From UHGV virus genome UHGV-0423091: a DNA stretch of 38,795 bases, one strand, 5' to 3'. A program made the position numbers and the translations under genes. This document shows positions 1 to 10,227 of this stretch, piece by piece; position 1 is the stretch's first letter; the number at the start of each line of letters is the position of its first letter. This stretch comes from a virus. A model generated the notes under the pieces. It searched no databases, had not been told where the DNA came from, and saw only the letters and a list, made by a program, of their open reading frames with translations.

Positions 1-428
1 CCCTGTAGCGAAGTTACCGCCGCAGCACCTCCGACCGGACCACCGAGCGTTGTACCGACAACAGCCTGCCCGCCCATATCGAACAACCCATAAAGGACCT
101 GCCCGGCGGTTCCGGTTGTCGCGGCATCAGGCGTCAGCCGCTTAACCTGCTGCTCTGCTAGTTTTCTCTGCTCAGCAATGTATGAAACTGAAGTGTCATT
201 GAACGAGGTGTTTTCGTTAACAAACTGAGCAATCGGGGATACGATTTTATCCATCCCTGCCCATAGCAACTGATCTGGCTTTGCCACCAGCCCGGAGTAC
301 AAACCAGACAATGCCGCTCCTACAGCATTGTCGAAAAAACCAATATCGCTGTTAAATCCAGCTGGATTTGATGCAGCTTCGTCAAGCTGCTGATTCTGGT
401 TTACTGGATTAAGGCCAAAGTAACTCAT
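1..428 (-). CDS. virion structural/internal protein, partial (3-prime end cut by window start)
   Basis: ATG at 426-428 overlaps the stop of the upstream gene (ATGA); frame stays open to position 1; lies in the late structural operon. Confidence 0.5.
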   Translation of the reverse strand, partial: MSYFGLNPVNQNQQLDEAASNPAGFNSDIGFFDNAVGAALSGLYSGLVAKPDQLLWAGMDKIVSPIAQFVNENTSFNDTSVSYIAEQRKLAEQQVKRLTPDAATTGTAGQVLYGLFDMGGQAVVGTTLGGPVGGAAAVTSLQ

Positions 429-2938
429 TGCGGAATATCTCCGGAGAATCTCTGACGCTTCTGTGTCAGATTAAGAACAACGGGAGAACCATCATCTTTC
501 AGCAGATAACCAGTACCAAGTTTCACCAGGTACTGACTATCGCCGTAACTTTGCAAACCATACTGACCAGGCGGTGTTTTTATCCCGGAGCCGACAACTT
601 GTTCATTCCAAGCCTGATTAACCTGCTTATCGAATTGCTCTGCAGACATTCCCCACGGCAAAAGGACATTCCCCATTCCGTTATAGTCATGCACGCCACC
701 TGTAGCTACGTTAACAGCCTGTTTCCAGACATCATTGTCAATTTCTCCTGATACCACGCCTTTTTTCGCCATCACACCAGCGTAATAATCCTTTGCGATC
801 TCGTATGCCATTGATGCCCCATGAGCGTCACCAGCAAATGCATCCTTCACCATGTCAGAAAACTCAAGGCGAAGATCAGCATCTTTAGGCATCGGAATAC
901 CTTTCGCATCATCAGTACCTTTACGAGCCGCCGCGCCAGCAAGAATTGTCTGCGCAGCGGTTTCAGGAGACACGGAAACATCCGGATTAAACCAGTTTTT
1001 TTCTGCCAAAATACCACCAGGCTTATCCATCAGTATCCCGGCAACGGCAGCAGATGGAGCGTTGGCACTGATCTGCTGTAGTGCTGACATATACATCTGC
1101 CCACCACCAGTGCTCTGCCTGATGGTATCGAGATATGCTGCCTGTTGGGAAACTGGAGCATCACGAAAGAAAACACCGATCTGATTGGCCTCGTCTTTGG
1201 AAAAGAACGTCAGTGGAGTGCCATATGACTTAGCAAGGTCACTGACCTGAGCGGCACGCAAGGCAACGCTCTGTCCAAAGTTATCCTTATTGCTCATGTC
1301 GATAGGCTTTGCCTGTCCGGAGGCAAGAGAGAACTGCACAGGATCCGACTGCCGCTGCTTTATCACCTGATTTGCAGCCGAAACAACGTTGTCATAAAGA
1401 GCTGCGCGTGCCGCATACCCCTCCCCTGTATCACCAGTATCCGGGCGTAATTGCTCAACATATGCTGTAATGCTGCTTGTCGGCATGTTGCGGAAAGAGC
1501 CTATATACTGTCCGGCGATCTGCGTATTCTTAAACTCGGTATATCGCAGGTTTCCTTCTCTGACTCCATAAGCTGCAATAAAATCATCCTCACCAGGTGG
1601 GTTAGGAAATTCAACGCCACGCATATACGCAGCCGTCGCATCGCGAACCCGGCTGTCGAGCATCGTTTTATATTCAGCCTGCTGCTGCCGACGCAGTTGA
1701 TCCGCCTGTCGCATAAAACTTGCCTGCGCCTCAGGAGATGCCGCATCGAATGCTGCATTACCGGTATAGCGTTTGGTGTTGGTTGGAATTGTTGATAAAC
1801 CAAGTGCTGCACTGACACCAGCAGTTAACTGCTGATCACTGTATGGCTGGCTACCGTTCTCATGATGGATAATGGCTGCACAAAGCGCCTTCAGGGTATC
1901 AGGATTAGATGCATCGAGAGGCTCATCAGCAGAAACGCCAAGTTGTTCGCACACTGCTTTGATATACGACATAGTGTCATTTTTATCAGTAGGCGGTGCC
2001 CAGCGATTAATTATCTCGCTGACGGTATCAATACCCTGCCTCTGATACGACATCAGGTTCCGCCCTAATGCACGAATCCCGTGTTCAGGTGTTTCGAATT
2101 TAGCAAATCGACCATCATCACCGGTCTGGCCTACCCACGGATTAGTTTTGCTGTATTCGAGATTTCCTGGGTTATTGTTGCGTATGCCACGGGCACGCTC
2201 GGAAGAGTCACTATCTGCTACAGCACGGCGAGCTCCAGCAGCAGTATCACTTAACTCGCCATTACTTTGGATGAATGCGGTCGCATTGTTTGCCGACCAC
2301 TGGGACAATGCAGCATCAGCAACCTTCTCTTTAAACTCGATTTTCTTGGCCTGGATTTGCTCGTCACTCCAGCCATGTGCAATGCCGTAATCCTCAATTT
2401 GCTGGAAAGTTTGCTTATTAGCCAATACGTATGCGGCGTTGTCGCCATACAATGCTGCGGCATTTTTACCATTGTTCAGCAGCGTAGCCTGAAACTGGCC
2501 TTCTTCGTAGGCATTTATTTGCCCTATCTCGTGCCGCCCGGCCTGCGTAGTGAACTGAATGCGCTGCTGCTGCGCCTGCTGCATGAAAGCATTACGGGCC
2601 TGTTCATCCGGCAGCGACATAGCCAGTTGTTCGACCTGAGCATCAAACTGCTGCGTATACTCATGGCCTTTTCCAATAGCATTTTTCCCTTTCAGGTTAA
2701 GCAATCCTGTTTCAGGATTATTCAGCAGATCACTGCTTATCTGACTGAGGTTAAGAGATGCCTCCTGAGCCAGAGCGATATTGGCACGCTGTTTTGCCTG
2801 CCCCAAAACATCAATTGCCTCTGTCCCTGCCCGAACAAAAGCATCACCAATACCTGGCTGAGAAAACGTCTGCAAGCCTGCTGACTGAACTCCACGACTC
2901 TCAACCTGACGTCCGGATACTGTTGGTACGACTGGCAT
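425..2938 (-). CDS. large internal virion (core/ejection-type) protein, 837 aa
   Basis: Track ORF 425..3013 trimmed to ATG at 2938, which has a GGAGG Shine-Dalgarno 5 nt upstream and overlaps the upstream stop (TAATG); contains a conserved NNPGNL...WxGQ...FxxF segment I recognise only as recurring in phage virion proteins. Confidence 0.6.
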   Translation of the reverse strand: MPVVPTVSGRQVESRGVQSAGLQTFSQPGIGDAFVRAGTEAIDVLGQAKQRANIALAQEASLNLSQISSDLLNNPETGLLNLKGKNAIGKGHEYTQQFDAQVEQLAMSLPDEQARNAFMQQAQQQRIQFTTQAGRHEIGQINAYEEGQFQATLLNNGKNAAALYGDNAAYVLANKQTFQQIEDYGIAHGWSDEQIQAKKIEFKEKVADAALSQWSANNATAFIQSNGELSDTAAGARRAVADSDSSERARGIRNNNPGNLEYSKTNPWVGQTGDDGRFAKFETPEHGIRALGRNLMSYQRQGIDTVSEIINRWAPPTDKNDTMSYIKAVCEQLGVSADEPLDASNPDTLKALCAAIIHHENGSQPYSDQQLTAGVSAALGLSTIPTNTKRYTGNAAFDAASPEAQASFMRQADQLRRQQQAEYKTMLDSRVRDATAAYMRGVEFPNPPGEDDFIAAYGVREGNLRYTEFKNTQIAGQYIGSFRNMPTSSITAYVEQLRPDTGDTGEGYAARAALYDNVVSAANQVIKQRQSDPVQFSLASGQAKPIDMSNKDNFGQSVALRAAQVSDLAKSYGTPLTFFSKDEANQIGVFFRDAPVSQQAAYLDTIRQSTGGGQMYMSALQQISANAPSAAVAGILMDKPGGILAEKNWFNPDVSVSPETAAQTILAGAAARKGTDDAKGIPMPKDADLRLEFSDMVKDAFAGDAHGASMAYEIAKDYYAGVMAKKGVVSGEIDNDVWKQAVNVATGGVHDYNGMGNVLLPWGMSAEQFDKQVNQAWNEQVVGSGIKTPPGQYGLQSYGDSQYLVKLGTGYLLKDDGSPVVLNLTQKRQRFSGDIPQ

Positions 2939-3483
2939 TATAATCCTCCGGGTAATCTGGTTCCTGCTGCTGCCCCGATTGGCGCAGGGGTGCTTTGAGT
3001 AAACGGACTCCACGTCCCACCAAACATCTGGTACGCACCGTATGCCTTCAGAGGCGCAGTGAGCAATGTTGTTGCTGCTCCCACATTCCCCTGTTTACGG
3101 GCTGAACTGGCTTCTGCTTTATAGTTGGCAGCCTGAACCTGATAACCGTAAGCCTCGCGTTGCGCGTTATTCACCGTCGTCAGAGAATCAAGAGCGCCAA
3201 ACTGGGCAGTGTCGCCAAATATATCCAGCGCGTTACCTGTAGATAAATCAGCGCCGGTAGCCCCCATTGTCGCCGCCTGTGTACCAAGCCGCTGTCGGGT
3301 CTCTCTGCGACGTTGCTCAGCTTCAGCGTTACCTCTGTTTATTGCATCATTTGCCTGAGTAGTGGCTATATCTGCGTTAGCTTCTGCAACCTTCGAGGCA
3401 TACTTTCCCTGTTGGTACTGGGTGTATGCCTGAATGCCACTCATGGCGAGCATTGCACCACCAGCAATAACCGGATCGCACAT
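2938..3483 (-). CDS. internal virion protein, 181 aa, N-terminal hydrophobic segment, Ala/Gln-rich
   Basis: Track ORF; GGAG SD 8 nt upstream of ATG 3483; start overlaps upstream stop; composition typical of small ejection/internal proteins. Confidence 0.5.
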   Translation of the reverse strand: MCDPVIAGGAMLAMSGIQAYTQYQQGKYASKVAEANADIATTQANDAINRGNAEAEQRRRETRQRLGTQAATMGATGADLSTGNALDIFGDTAQFGALDSLTTVNNAQREAYGYQVQAANYKAEASSARKQGNVGAATTLLTAPLKAYGAYQMFGGTWSPFTQSTPAPIGAAAGTRLPGGL

Positions 3484-3947
3484 TATTTTCTCTCCATGTG
3501 AAATCTGTGGAAATTAAGACCAAGGGCACCATAAGGCGCGGCTTCTTCAAGCCTGAATCCAAGCCAGTGCAGCCATGCTTTGGCAACATGGTTTCGCTCG
3601 TCGACGTAGTTTTCCAGGCGCGGATAAACTGCCAGCATCTGCTGCAATACAGGGCGGCAGTGGCGAAGAAATGTCTTCTGATATTTTTCAATACGGCTGG
3701 TTCCGACCAGCCAGGGCGTACCATTGCCACCGATCATTGACGCCGGAGATACGCCAAACATGGTTACCAGTTCTCCGTTCGCAAATCCTGACCAGGCCAT
3801 AGTCGCAGTACGCAGACCAACACGCAGCGCATCTTCGGTAGTCATCAGTGATACCGCATACAGTTCGTCAATATCAGCCTGACGAACATCCGGCAAAATC
3901 ATCTGAAGATGCTCTTCGGTTGCGGGAATAATTTGAACATCGATCAT
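3483..3947 (-). CDS. hypothetical virion-associated protein, 154 aa
   Basis: Track ORF; translationally coupled on both sides (ATGA overlap at 3945-3949). Confidence 0.5.
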   Translation of the reverse strand: MIDVQIIPATEEHLQMILPDVRQADIDELYAVSLMTTEDALRVGLRTATMAWSGFANGELVTMFGVSPASMIGGNGTPWLVGTSRIEKYQKTFLRHCRPVLQQMLAVYPRLENYVDERNHVAKAWLHWLGFRLEEAAPYGALGLNFHRFHMERK

Positions 3948-6418
3948 CAGAATCCCCCAACAGTAAGGCGAGGAATAACGGCAAGAACAGACAGCGGCAA
4001 CGGATCAAGCTGACGGATTTTTACACGCCCGTTTTTGCCCCAGTTACTGTCCAGTTTCACTTCTACTTTTCCGGTAGCATCATCAACAGGATCATCGTAG
4101 AACTCGAATTCACGCTGTGGATATTCGTACCATTTACCGCCGGGCGTAGTCGCCCAGATGCCGCGACTGGCATTCACAACCAGAGTAACGGAGGGGATCA
4201 CCTGTTTTTTGTCCAGCAGCGTTTCCTGTCCGTTAATGTTGATATCCAGTGTTTCGAATTCAGCAGTTATTGGCAGGCCGATGTGCACTACAGCCCCCGG
4301 AGATTCCAGCGTGACGGCACCTCCGGAAACCACTTTCTGTGGTTCCACGTTCGCATCAGAGAGAATGTTTACGGTCTGGCCTTCAAGATGAGACAGGCCT
4401 CCAAATGTCCGGCGCGCCATCTGCCAGTTCGTGGTGGCCACATTCCTGAGGGATGGCGGGACGTTCCTGTTAGCACGAACCACTACAGCGGTATTACTGG
4501 TTACAGAAATAATGTCGCAACGTAATTCTTTTGACACCTCATCGCCAGTATCAGGATCAGTTCCGGTATAAGGGAACTGTAGTTGCGCGCCGACATCACT
4601 ACTGGTGAAGTACGCACCACCAGAAACACTGATTGTATATTCCGCGCGGTAATCCCATTCGCCAGAACCACCAGTGATGATCATCGTTCTGTCAGACGTA
4701 TTTCTTCCATCATAGCTAAGGCCAGAATCAACAAAGAAAGCATCTTCATCGCTGGTAAATAAACGGCTGGACAGTCGCTCGATGTATCTCACTGTTTGCC
4801 CGTTAACGGTTCGGTTAACGACGAAATACACCGCATCTTCATTGCCTTCGCTGATACTGCATGTGCTTTCATATTTTCCGGTACTGGATTGTGGTGCCCA
4901 TGCAAAAACCTGCTGATCACGCAAATAGGTCATCACCAGTAATTTACCGTCATCACGGATGCAGAAGGCGCTGGAGTAAGGGACTATTGAGAAGCACCAG
5001 TCAACAATGCTGTGCTTCTGAAAAAGATGATTGGCAAGGATAGTAAGGTCGTTCCCCTGATAGCCGTCAACATCGAATGAGTAGGCGAGATCACGGACAA
5101 CACTGCCTTTCTCCTGGACGAACAGAGCAATATTCGCCACGGCAATTGGTGGGACATTGCTCGAGCCATTTGATCCCTGAGAGCTGAATGCAAATGATGA
5201 TGGGGTAAGCACTTTGTTCTGGTCGCCAGTGATGACGTACTCACCTCCGGAAGTCAGCGCCACCAGCGAACCAACATCAATCAGGTGACGGATCTCATTA
5301 ACCTGACGCCCGGCATAGGTGTAGATAATTCTGTCGTCATCCTGCGTAGGATTGCTTTTGCCAAAATCCTTATAATCCCCAGTACGGCTGGCCCAGATAG
5401 TCTGAGGGAACGCAGTCGATGCGGCGAAGTAAAGACGTTGTTGATAATAAACAACAGTGCCAGGATAACCATTAACACTGTTCCAGGCATATTTAGCCCA
5501 TTTATAGCTGGCATTATCCTCGCCAACGACCTGCGAAGGGATATAGGAAATCACCTCGGCAGTTGCAGTAGTGCCGTTTACAGCAGTGATACGGGCAATG
5601 CCAAAACCACTGTGCAGATACTCCCACTCAATGCCAGTATCATCATCACCGGATCCGCCCCAGCCATCCCATGATGTGCCTTCTGTATGCGAAGGGCGCA
5701 AAGTGCCTGTTTTGCCTGCTGTAACGGCGCGATAGTAGTTACTGTCTGCACGGCGAATATCGCCAATCGACGTACTCTTACTGGTTTCCCATACCGGCAC
5801 TGAATCCACTGCAGGCTGTTCCAGATAGAACAATTTGCCTACCTGCTCCGCGCCAAAAATAGAGGCGCTTGCCGTTAACGTAATTGTCCCGGTGCTGGCG
5901 CTGGCATAAACCGTCACTGACTCGTCAATATTGATATCTTCAAATGGCCCGTTCTTCGTTACCACATCAACCAGTTGCCAGTTGTCATGCGCATAGCGGC
6001 GCAACTCTTTCGGCGGGTATGCCGGGTGAACCAGCGTAAGCACGTCGGCGCTTTGCGTAAATTTAATTCGGAACAGATCGGCTTCAGTATATGGCGTGGC
6101 AATTTCATAAATAACATTGCTGCTGTTCAGCACCAACGCACCATCTTTGATAACGCGCATGTACTGGTGCCCGAACTCCAGAGCATAGGTCTGAACCGTC
6201 GAGAACTGGAACGGGATCAGGCGGCATTTCCGATTTGGGTATTTGGCGGCACCGACAAAACGCGTACCAGGTCGATTCTCAACGCCGCCATACTGCCGCA
6301 CGATAAAGTTATCGCACTTGCGCAATGCCACCTGGTACTTCGCCATGTCGATACGACCGTACAACGACGGTCCAATCTCACCACCGGCAAAGCTGGGCTG
6401 GATCCAACTGATAGCCAT
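3947..6418 (-). CDS. large tail structural protein (tail hub/tube-type), 823 aa
   Basis: Track ORF; size and position directly after the adaptor-like gene in the morphogenesis operon; no enzymatic motif seen. Confidence 0.6.
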   Translation of the reverse strand: MAISWIQPSFAGGEIGPSLYGRIDMAKYQVALRKCDNFIVRQYGGVENRPGTRFVGAAKYPNRKCRLIPFQFSTVQTYALEFGHQYMRVIKDGALVLNSSNVIYEIATPYTEADLFRIKFTQSADVLTLVHPAYPPKELRRYAHDNWQLVDVVTKNGPFEDINIDESVTVYASASTGTITLTASASIFGAEQVGKLFYLEQPAVDSVPVWETSKSTSIGDIRRADSNYYRAVTAGKTGTLRPSHTEGTSWDGWGGSGDDDTGIEWEYLHSGFGIARITAVNGTTATAEVISYIPSQVVGEDNASYKWAKYAWNSVNGYPGTVVYYQQRLYFAASTAFPQTIWASRTGDYKDFGKSNPTQDDDRIIYTYAGRQVNEIRHLIDVGSLVALTSGGEYVITGDQNKVLTPSSFAFSSQGSNGSSNVPPIAVANIALFVQEKGSVVRDLAYSFDVDGYQGNDLTILANHLFQKHSIVDWCFSIVPYSSAFCIRDDGKLLVMTYLRDQQVFAWAPQSSTGKYESTCSISEGNEDAVYFVVNRTVNGQTVRYIERLSSRLFTSDEDAFFVDSGLSYDGRNTSDRTMIITGGSGEWDYRAEYTISVSGGAYFTSSDVGAQLQFPYTGTDPDTGDEVSKELRCDIISVTSNTAVVVRANRNVPPSLRNVATTNWQMARRTFGGLSHLEGQTVNILSDANVEPQKVVSGGAVTLESPGAVVHIGLPITAEFETLDININGQETLLDKKQVIPSVTLVVNASRGIWATTPGGKWYEYPQREFEFYDDPVDDATGKVEVKLDSNWGKNGRVKIRQLDPLPLSVLAVIPRLTVGGF

Positions 6419-7026
6419 CAGGACAACCTCGCAATGGTAAACTCATCAACCGGTGGCTGTGGTTCCTGTGATTCATTCTGGCTATGCGAGCCAGCACTAA
6501 GAATCACGCGATTGTACATATTGAGGGCAAACGTACCGAGGTCTGCATTCCCAGTCAGCGCCATGTTAATAGCTGCCGCAAGACGCCAGGCCAACGCCTC
6601 CATAAAAATGGCATCAAACATGTTCACATCTGTAACGCGAGAGACATACTTGAGCCATGCCTGAGGCTGATCTGTGTAGATCAACTTTCCTGTTCCGTTG
6701 GTGTCTGCACCAACTTCGTACTGAACGCGCATTGATGCTGTTGGATTGCGTACACCAGGAAGCATAATTTCAGTAATGCGCAGACAATCTGACGGGTACT
6801 GGTACGCATATTCCCAGTCAGGCGGTGGATTGCTCGTATCTGCAAGCGCCACGCGTTTGGTAGCAAAGTTCCAGTCAAAATCAGAAAGCACAGCATCACG
6901 GCAGGCCTCAAAGTGCAGCGAACATTCCCCCGCTTCCTTGCTGGCTTCCGTCAGGCTGTTAATGCTGCGGCTGTTGCCAATATTGGACAGCGCACGATTA
7001 CAGATCTCTACTACAGAGGCCATCAC
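6418..7026 (-). CDS. putative head-tail adaptor / tail tube protein, 202 aa
   Basis: Track ORF; position between capsid genes and the large tail protein; coupled starts and stops. Confidence 0.45.
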   Translation of the reverse strand: MMASVVEICNRALSNIGNSRSINSLTEASKEAGECSLHFEACRDAVLSDFDWNFATKRVALADTSNPPPDWEYAYQYPSDCLRITEIMLPGVRNPTASMRVQYEVGADTNGTGKLIYTDQPQAWLKYVSRVTDVNMFDAIFMEALAWRLAAAINMALTGNADLGTFALNMYNRVILSAGSHSQNESQEPQPPVDEFTIARLS

Positions 7027-7346
7027 TCACCTCCGTTACCGTACAGAGTTTCAGCCGCTGATTTTTCTACATCCCCGGAAACAGGAGCGATCGCCATATC
7101 AGTGATCTGCAGATCGGCGCTGCGATTAACGCCATCGTCAGTTTCTCTGGCAGACAGGCCTCGAATAACAGCCTTTGCAGTTATCATCACTTCTGTTCCG
7201 ACGCCCTTAGGTTGCGCCTTCAGCTTATTCAATGTGTCGTTATTCAGCGTGATGCACAGCCCCCACGGGTATTCATCGCGAGTTCTGGTTTCTCCGCTCT
7301 CATCCTGGTAGCTGTCAGTGCCGGTTTTGAGGTTTACGAGTTCCAT
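7023..7346 (-). CDS. hypothetical virion protein, 107 aa
   Basis: Track ORF 7023..7352 trimmed to ATG 7346, which has an AGGAG SD 6 nt upstream. Confidence 0.45.
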   Translation of the reverse strand: MELVNLKTGTDSYQDESGETRTRDEYPWGLCITLNNDTLNKLKAQPKGVGTEVMITAKAVIRGLSARETDDGVNRSADLQITDMAIAPVSGDVEKSAAETLYGNGGE

Positions 7347-7361
7347 ATACACTCCTGCAAT

Positions 7362-7380
7362 AAAGGGGCCGAAGCCCCTT
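7362..7380 (-). terminator. hairpin (AAGGGGC-CGAA-GCCCCTT) inside the late operon, weak T tract; possible attenuator
   Basis: 6-7 bp GC stem with tetraloop between the 114-aa and 107-aa genes; only a short T run follows on the minus strand. Confidence 0.3.
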
Positions 7381-7396
7381 GTCTGATCCGCGAGGC

Positions 7397-7741
7397 TTAC
7401 ACGCCCAGTTCTTTACGCTTATCTGCGATCTTCTCGCGGAGCGTTTCGGCTTTGGCGTTATGGTGTGGCTTCTCGTTAAAGAGCAATTCGTACTCTTCAC
7501 GGAGCTTATCCAGTTCACCATCATCTGACACATCGTTGATGATTTTGGTGCTGATTGCTGCCATTGACACCTTTCCTGCAACTTTTGCTTTTGCCTGTCT
7601 GGCTGCATCGTTAACAGGTTCCAGTGCGCTACCAGGCTCACCTTCGTATTCGATTTCTGCCCCCTCCGGCCACAGAGTGTTATGGATATGAGAGAGGCGC
7701 AGAACGCGGTATCTTGGTTTCTCACCTGACATCGATATCAC
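7397..7741 (-). CDS. hypothetical head-associated protein, 114 aa
   Basis: Track ORF in the capsid gene block. Confidence 0.45.
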   Translation of the reverse strand: MISMSGEKPRYRVLRLSHIHNTLWPEGAEIEYEGEPGSALEPVNDAARQAKAKVAGKVSMAAISTKIINDVSDDGELDKLREEYELLFNEKPHHNAKAETLREKIADKRKELGV

Positions 7742-7742
7742 C

Positions 7743-8180
7743 TTAACCAGTTACTTTTGAGCGGATCGGATACGGCGTATTGGCATCAACATCAAGACTG
7801 ATACCAGCAGTGAATTCGCCAGCCGTTAGTGGGCCAGTTGCGACGGAGTAGTTAACACGCAGATATCGCTGAACACCGGCAGGCACCTTTGCAGAAACAA
7901 CTCGTTTACCTGCTGTCAGGGCGGTCTTTGCCAGTGCGCCACTATCATAAATAGTGGTCCATGAGCTGTTATTCTCACTCGTCTGCAACTGGATGTTTAC
8001 AGTTGCATCACCGCTTGCCGTGGCGGCTGTGTTAACCAGCACCCAAAACTCAAGCGGGTAACCCACGCCGATATCACGACGTTTTCCGTCAATTGGACCG
8101 AGATCGATTACGTCAGTAGAAGCCGCGGTATCAGTTACCGCCTGTGCTTCGGAGAACATCAACAGTTTGTCGGTGATCAT
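7743..8180 (-). CDS. putative capsid accessory/decoration protein, 145 aa
   Basis: Track ORF immediately downstream of the major capsid gene; Thr/Ser/Gly/Val-rich composition. Confidence 0.45.
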   Translation of the reverse strand: MITDKLLMFSEAQAVTDTAASTDVIDLGPIDGKRRDIGVGYPLEFWVLVNTAATASGDATVNIQLQTSENNSSWTTIYDSGALAKTALTAGKRVVSAKVPAGVQRYLRVNYSVATGPLTAGEFTAGISLDVDANTPYPIRSKVTG

Positions 8181-8231
8181 CTTCTTTCTCCATTAGTGGG
8201 TCTGTTACGACCCACAGGTTAATAACAGGCG

Positions 8232-9224
8232 TTACACCACGCGGGCTTCTGTTTCCAGAAGCGCATCAGTTTCACGGATTGGTACACCACGGAATGACGT
8301 CCACCACTCGCCTTCAGTCTCTTTTACGCTAATCGCCAGAGATGTTTTCTCCAGAGACTGCAAATCAAGAGCCTGGCCTACAGTGCGGTTCATGTAGAAC
8401 ACCGGGCGCCCCATGCCACGGTTTGGAATGCGATGCAGTGCTTTAACCATCAACTTCGCAATATTTGCGGCAGAGGAAGGTTCTGAAAGATTGCTGACAT
8501 CGATGTTTGCAATGCGAACAACATAACGCCAGTCACGCAGAGCAAGTCCGTTATCCCATTTGTAATGGGTACGGTAGCCTTCGTACTTGCCGCCATTAGC
8601 ATCTTCCAGTGTCACCTGGCCTTTATCTTCCATCTGAATGCCAGCCTTCTGCCCTTTCGGGAAGATGCCATGCACGGTGTTTTCGCCCCACACCACTAAC
8701 CAGATTGAGGTGTTATCTGTACCCGTGCCACCAGCATCAATGATGTTCTGAGCATTACCTGCAGACAGGCTGGAATAGCGGGAGGACAGTCCCATAAACT
8801 GCTGAGGGTTAACGCTGGAATCACCATAAAACAGCGTCTGCGCCATCTGCTGATTCATCGCTTCAATAAATGCGCGGTCTTCAGACAGGCGGAATTCGGC
8901 GGTATTACCGTTCAGATCAGCCAGTGACTTATCGACTTCAGCATAGGTTTCCAGCATTCCAACGGAATCGGTGACCTGCACTGTGGTTGATTTGCTTGGC
9001 TGTACGCCATAGTTCAGCAAACGCCAGGTGGCTGAAGGTAAACCAGAACGAATGGTGGTTCGGTGTCCGGTAGGAAGGTTCCCTTCGACAAAAGGCATAT
9101 CCTGAAGGATCGGGTTAGTTTGACCGAGAAGTTCGATAATCTTATCGACTTTCCCGTTTGGATCGACGCGCTTACCCCAGTCAGCCAGCGTTAGCGCAGT
9201 TAAGCCTTTAACAGCCATTGTCAT
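8232..9224 (-). CDS. major capsid protein, 330 aa
   Basis: Track ORF; position after portal and scaffold; size typical of HK97-fold coat proteins. Confidence 0.7.
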   Translation of the reverse strand: MTMAVKGLTALTLADWGKRVDPNGKVDKIIELLGQTNPILQDMPFVEGNLPTGHRTTIRSGLPSATWRLLNYGVQPSKSTTVQVTDSVGMLETYAEVDKSLADLNGNTAEFRLSEDRAFIEAMNQQMAQTLFYGDSSVNPQQFMGLSSRYSSLSAGNAQNIIDAGGTGTDNTSIWLVVWGENTVHGIFPKGQKAGIQMEDKGQVTLEDANGGKYEGYRTHYKWDNGLALRDWRYVVRIANIDVSNLSEPSSAANIAKLMVKALHRIPNRGMGRPVFYMNRTVGQALDLQSLEKTSLAISVKETEGEWWTSFRGVPIRETDALLETEARVV

Positions 9225-9232
9225 TTCCTCTC

Positions 9233-9934
9233 TTATTTGCCATAGAGCACTTCGGCCGCACTACGCTGGCCTTCATTACCACCGGTGACCATGTCATCTT
9301 CAGACATCGCCTTTCCGATTTTCACGAACGTTTTGACCAGATCAGGGTGATTACCCAGTCCGGTGGTGTTCAGATATTCTTTGAGTTCAGGTGTCCCGAA
9401 CTGGTCAAGCGCACGCTGTGCGGCGCTAAGGTTAGAAATCAACTTGTCGCCACCGATTTCTTTGTCAGCTTTTACATCAGCAGCCCACTGCTCGGTCGTT
9501 TTCTGCCAGGCTTCTGCCTGACGCTGCTGCACACCTGCCAGAATCTTCGGATAAGCATCAACCAGCTTTTGCGCTTGCTCGTTGGTCAGGTTAAGTTCTC
9601 GCGCCACCGGCTCGAATTCCTTCAACGCTTCTGTATCCAGCTCTACGCCTTCGGCAGCCTGAAACTCGTACTTCTCCGGCGCACCCTCCGGTTTATCGCC
9701 GTCCTTTTTTTCACCCTGTTTATCGTTTTCAGATTTTTTTTCATCATCAGGTTTATCGACATCAACAACAGGTTGTGGCTTATCATCTTCCTGTTGTGAT
9801 GGATCACCAGCTGGAGCAGGGTTATCACCTGCATGCGCTGACGGTTCTGACGCAGCCGGAGCTGCCCCACCATCGACTTGTTGCTCATTGCAAAGACGGC
9901 GATACAGCAAACGCTCAAATAAACTCATGATCAC
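9233..9934 (-). CDS. scaffolding protein, 233 aa, highly acidic with Lys/Glu/Asp repeats
   Basis: Track ORF between portal and capsid; acidic low-complexity central region and helical C-terminus typical of scaffold proteins. Confidence 0.5.
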   Translation of the reverse strand: MIMSLFERLLYRRLCNEQQVDGGAAPAASEPSAHAGDNPAPAGDPSQQEDDKPQPVVDVDKPDDEKKSENDKQGEKKDGDKPEGAPEKYEFQAAEGVELDTEALKEFEPVARELNLTNEQAQKLVDAYPKILAGVQQRQAEAWQKTTEQWAADVKADKEIGGDKLISNLSAAQRALDQFGTPELKEYLNTTGLGNHPDLVKTFVKIGKAMSEDDMVTGGNEGQRSAAEVLYGK

Positions 9935-10227
9935 TCCTGTTCACTGGCCTCTTTGGCCATCTTCAAATACTGTTCAGGGCAATGCGCCATAACGCGCTGA
10001 AACAGTTCCAGCGCCAGATTGCGTTGCCCCTCATTAAATGCCATTGCCATAGCGTCCATCGGTGAGATAGCGGAAAACACACGGCCTTTCTCCAGCACCG
10101 ACCAGACAACGCGACGCCCCTGTTCACTGCTCATGACAAAGCGAATGTCATCAATTTCACGCTGCGCCATGTCACGTTGCTTACGGGCGTTTTCTTCTTT
10201 CAGTTGATCGTCTTCGTAATCTGTCAT
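9931..10227 (-). CDS. small acidic head-morphogenesis-associated protein, 98 aa
   Basis: Track ORF, coupled to the portal stop and the scaffold start. Confidence 0.45.
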   Translation of the reverse strand: MTDYEDDQLKEENARKQRDMAQREIDDIRFVMSSEQGRRVVWSVLEKGRVFSAISPMDAMAMAFNEGQRNLALELFQRVMAHCPEQYLKMAKEASEQE

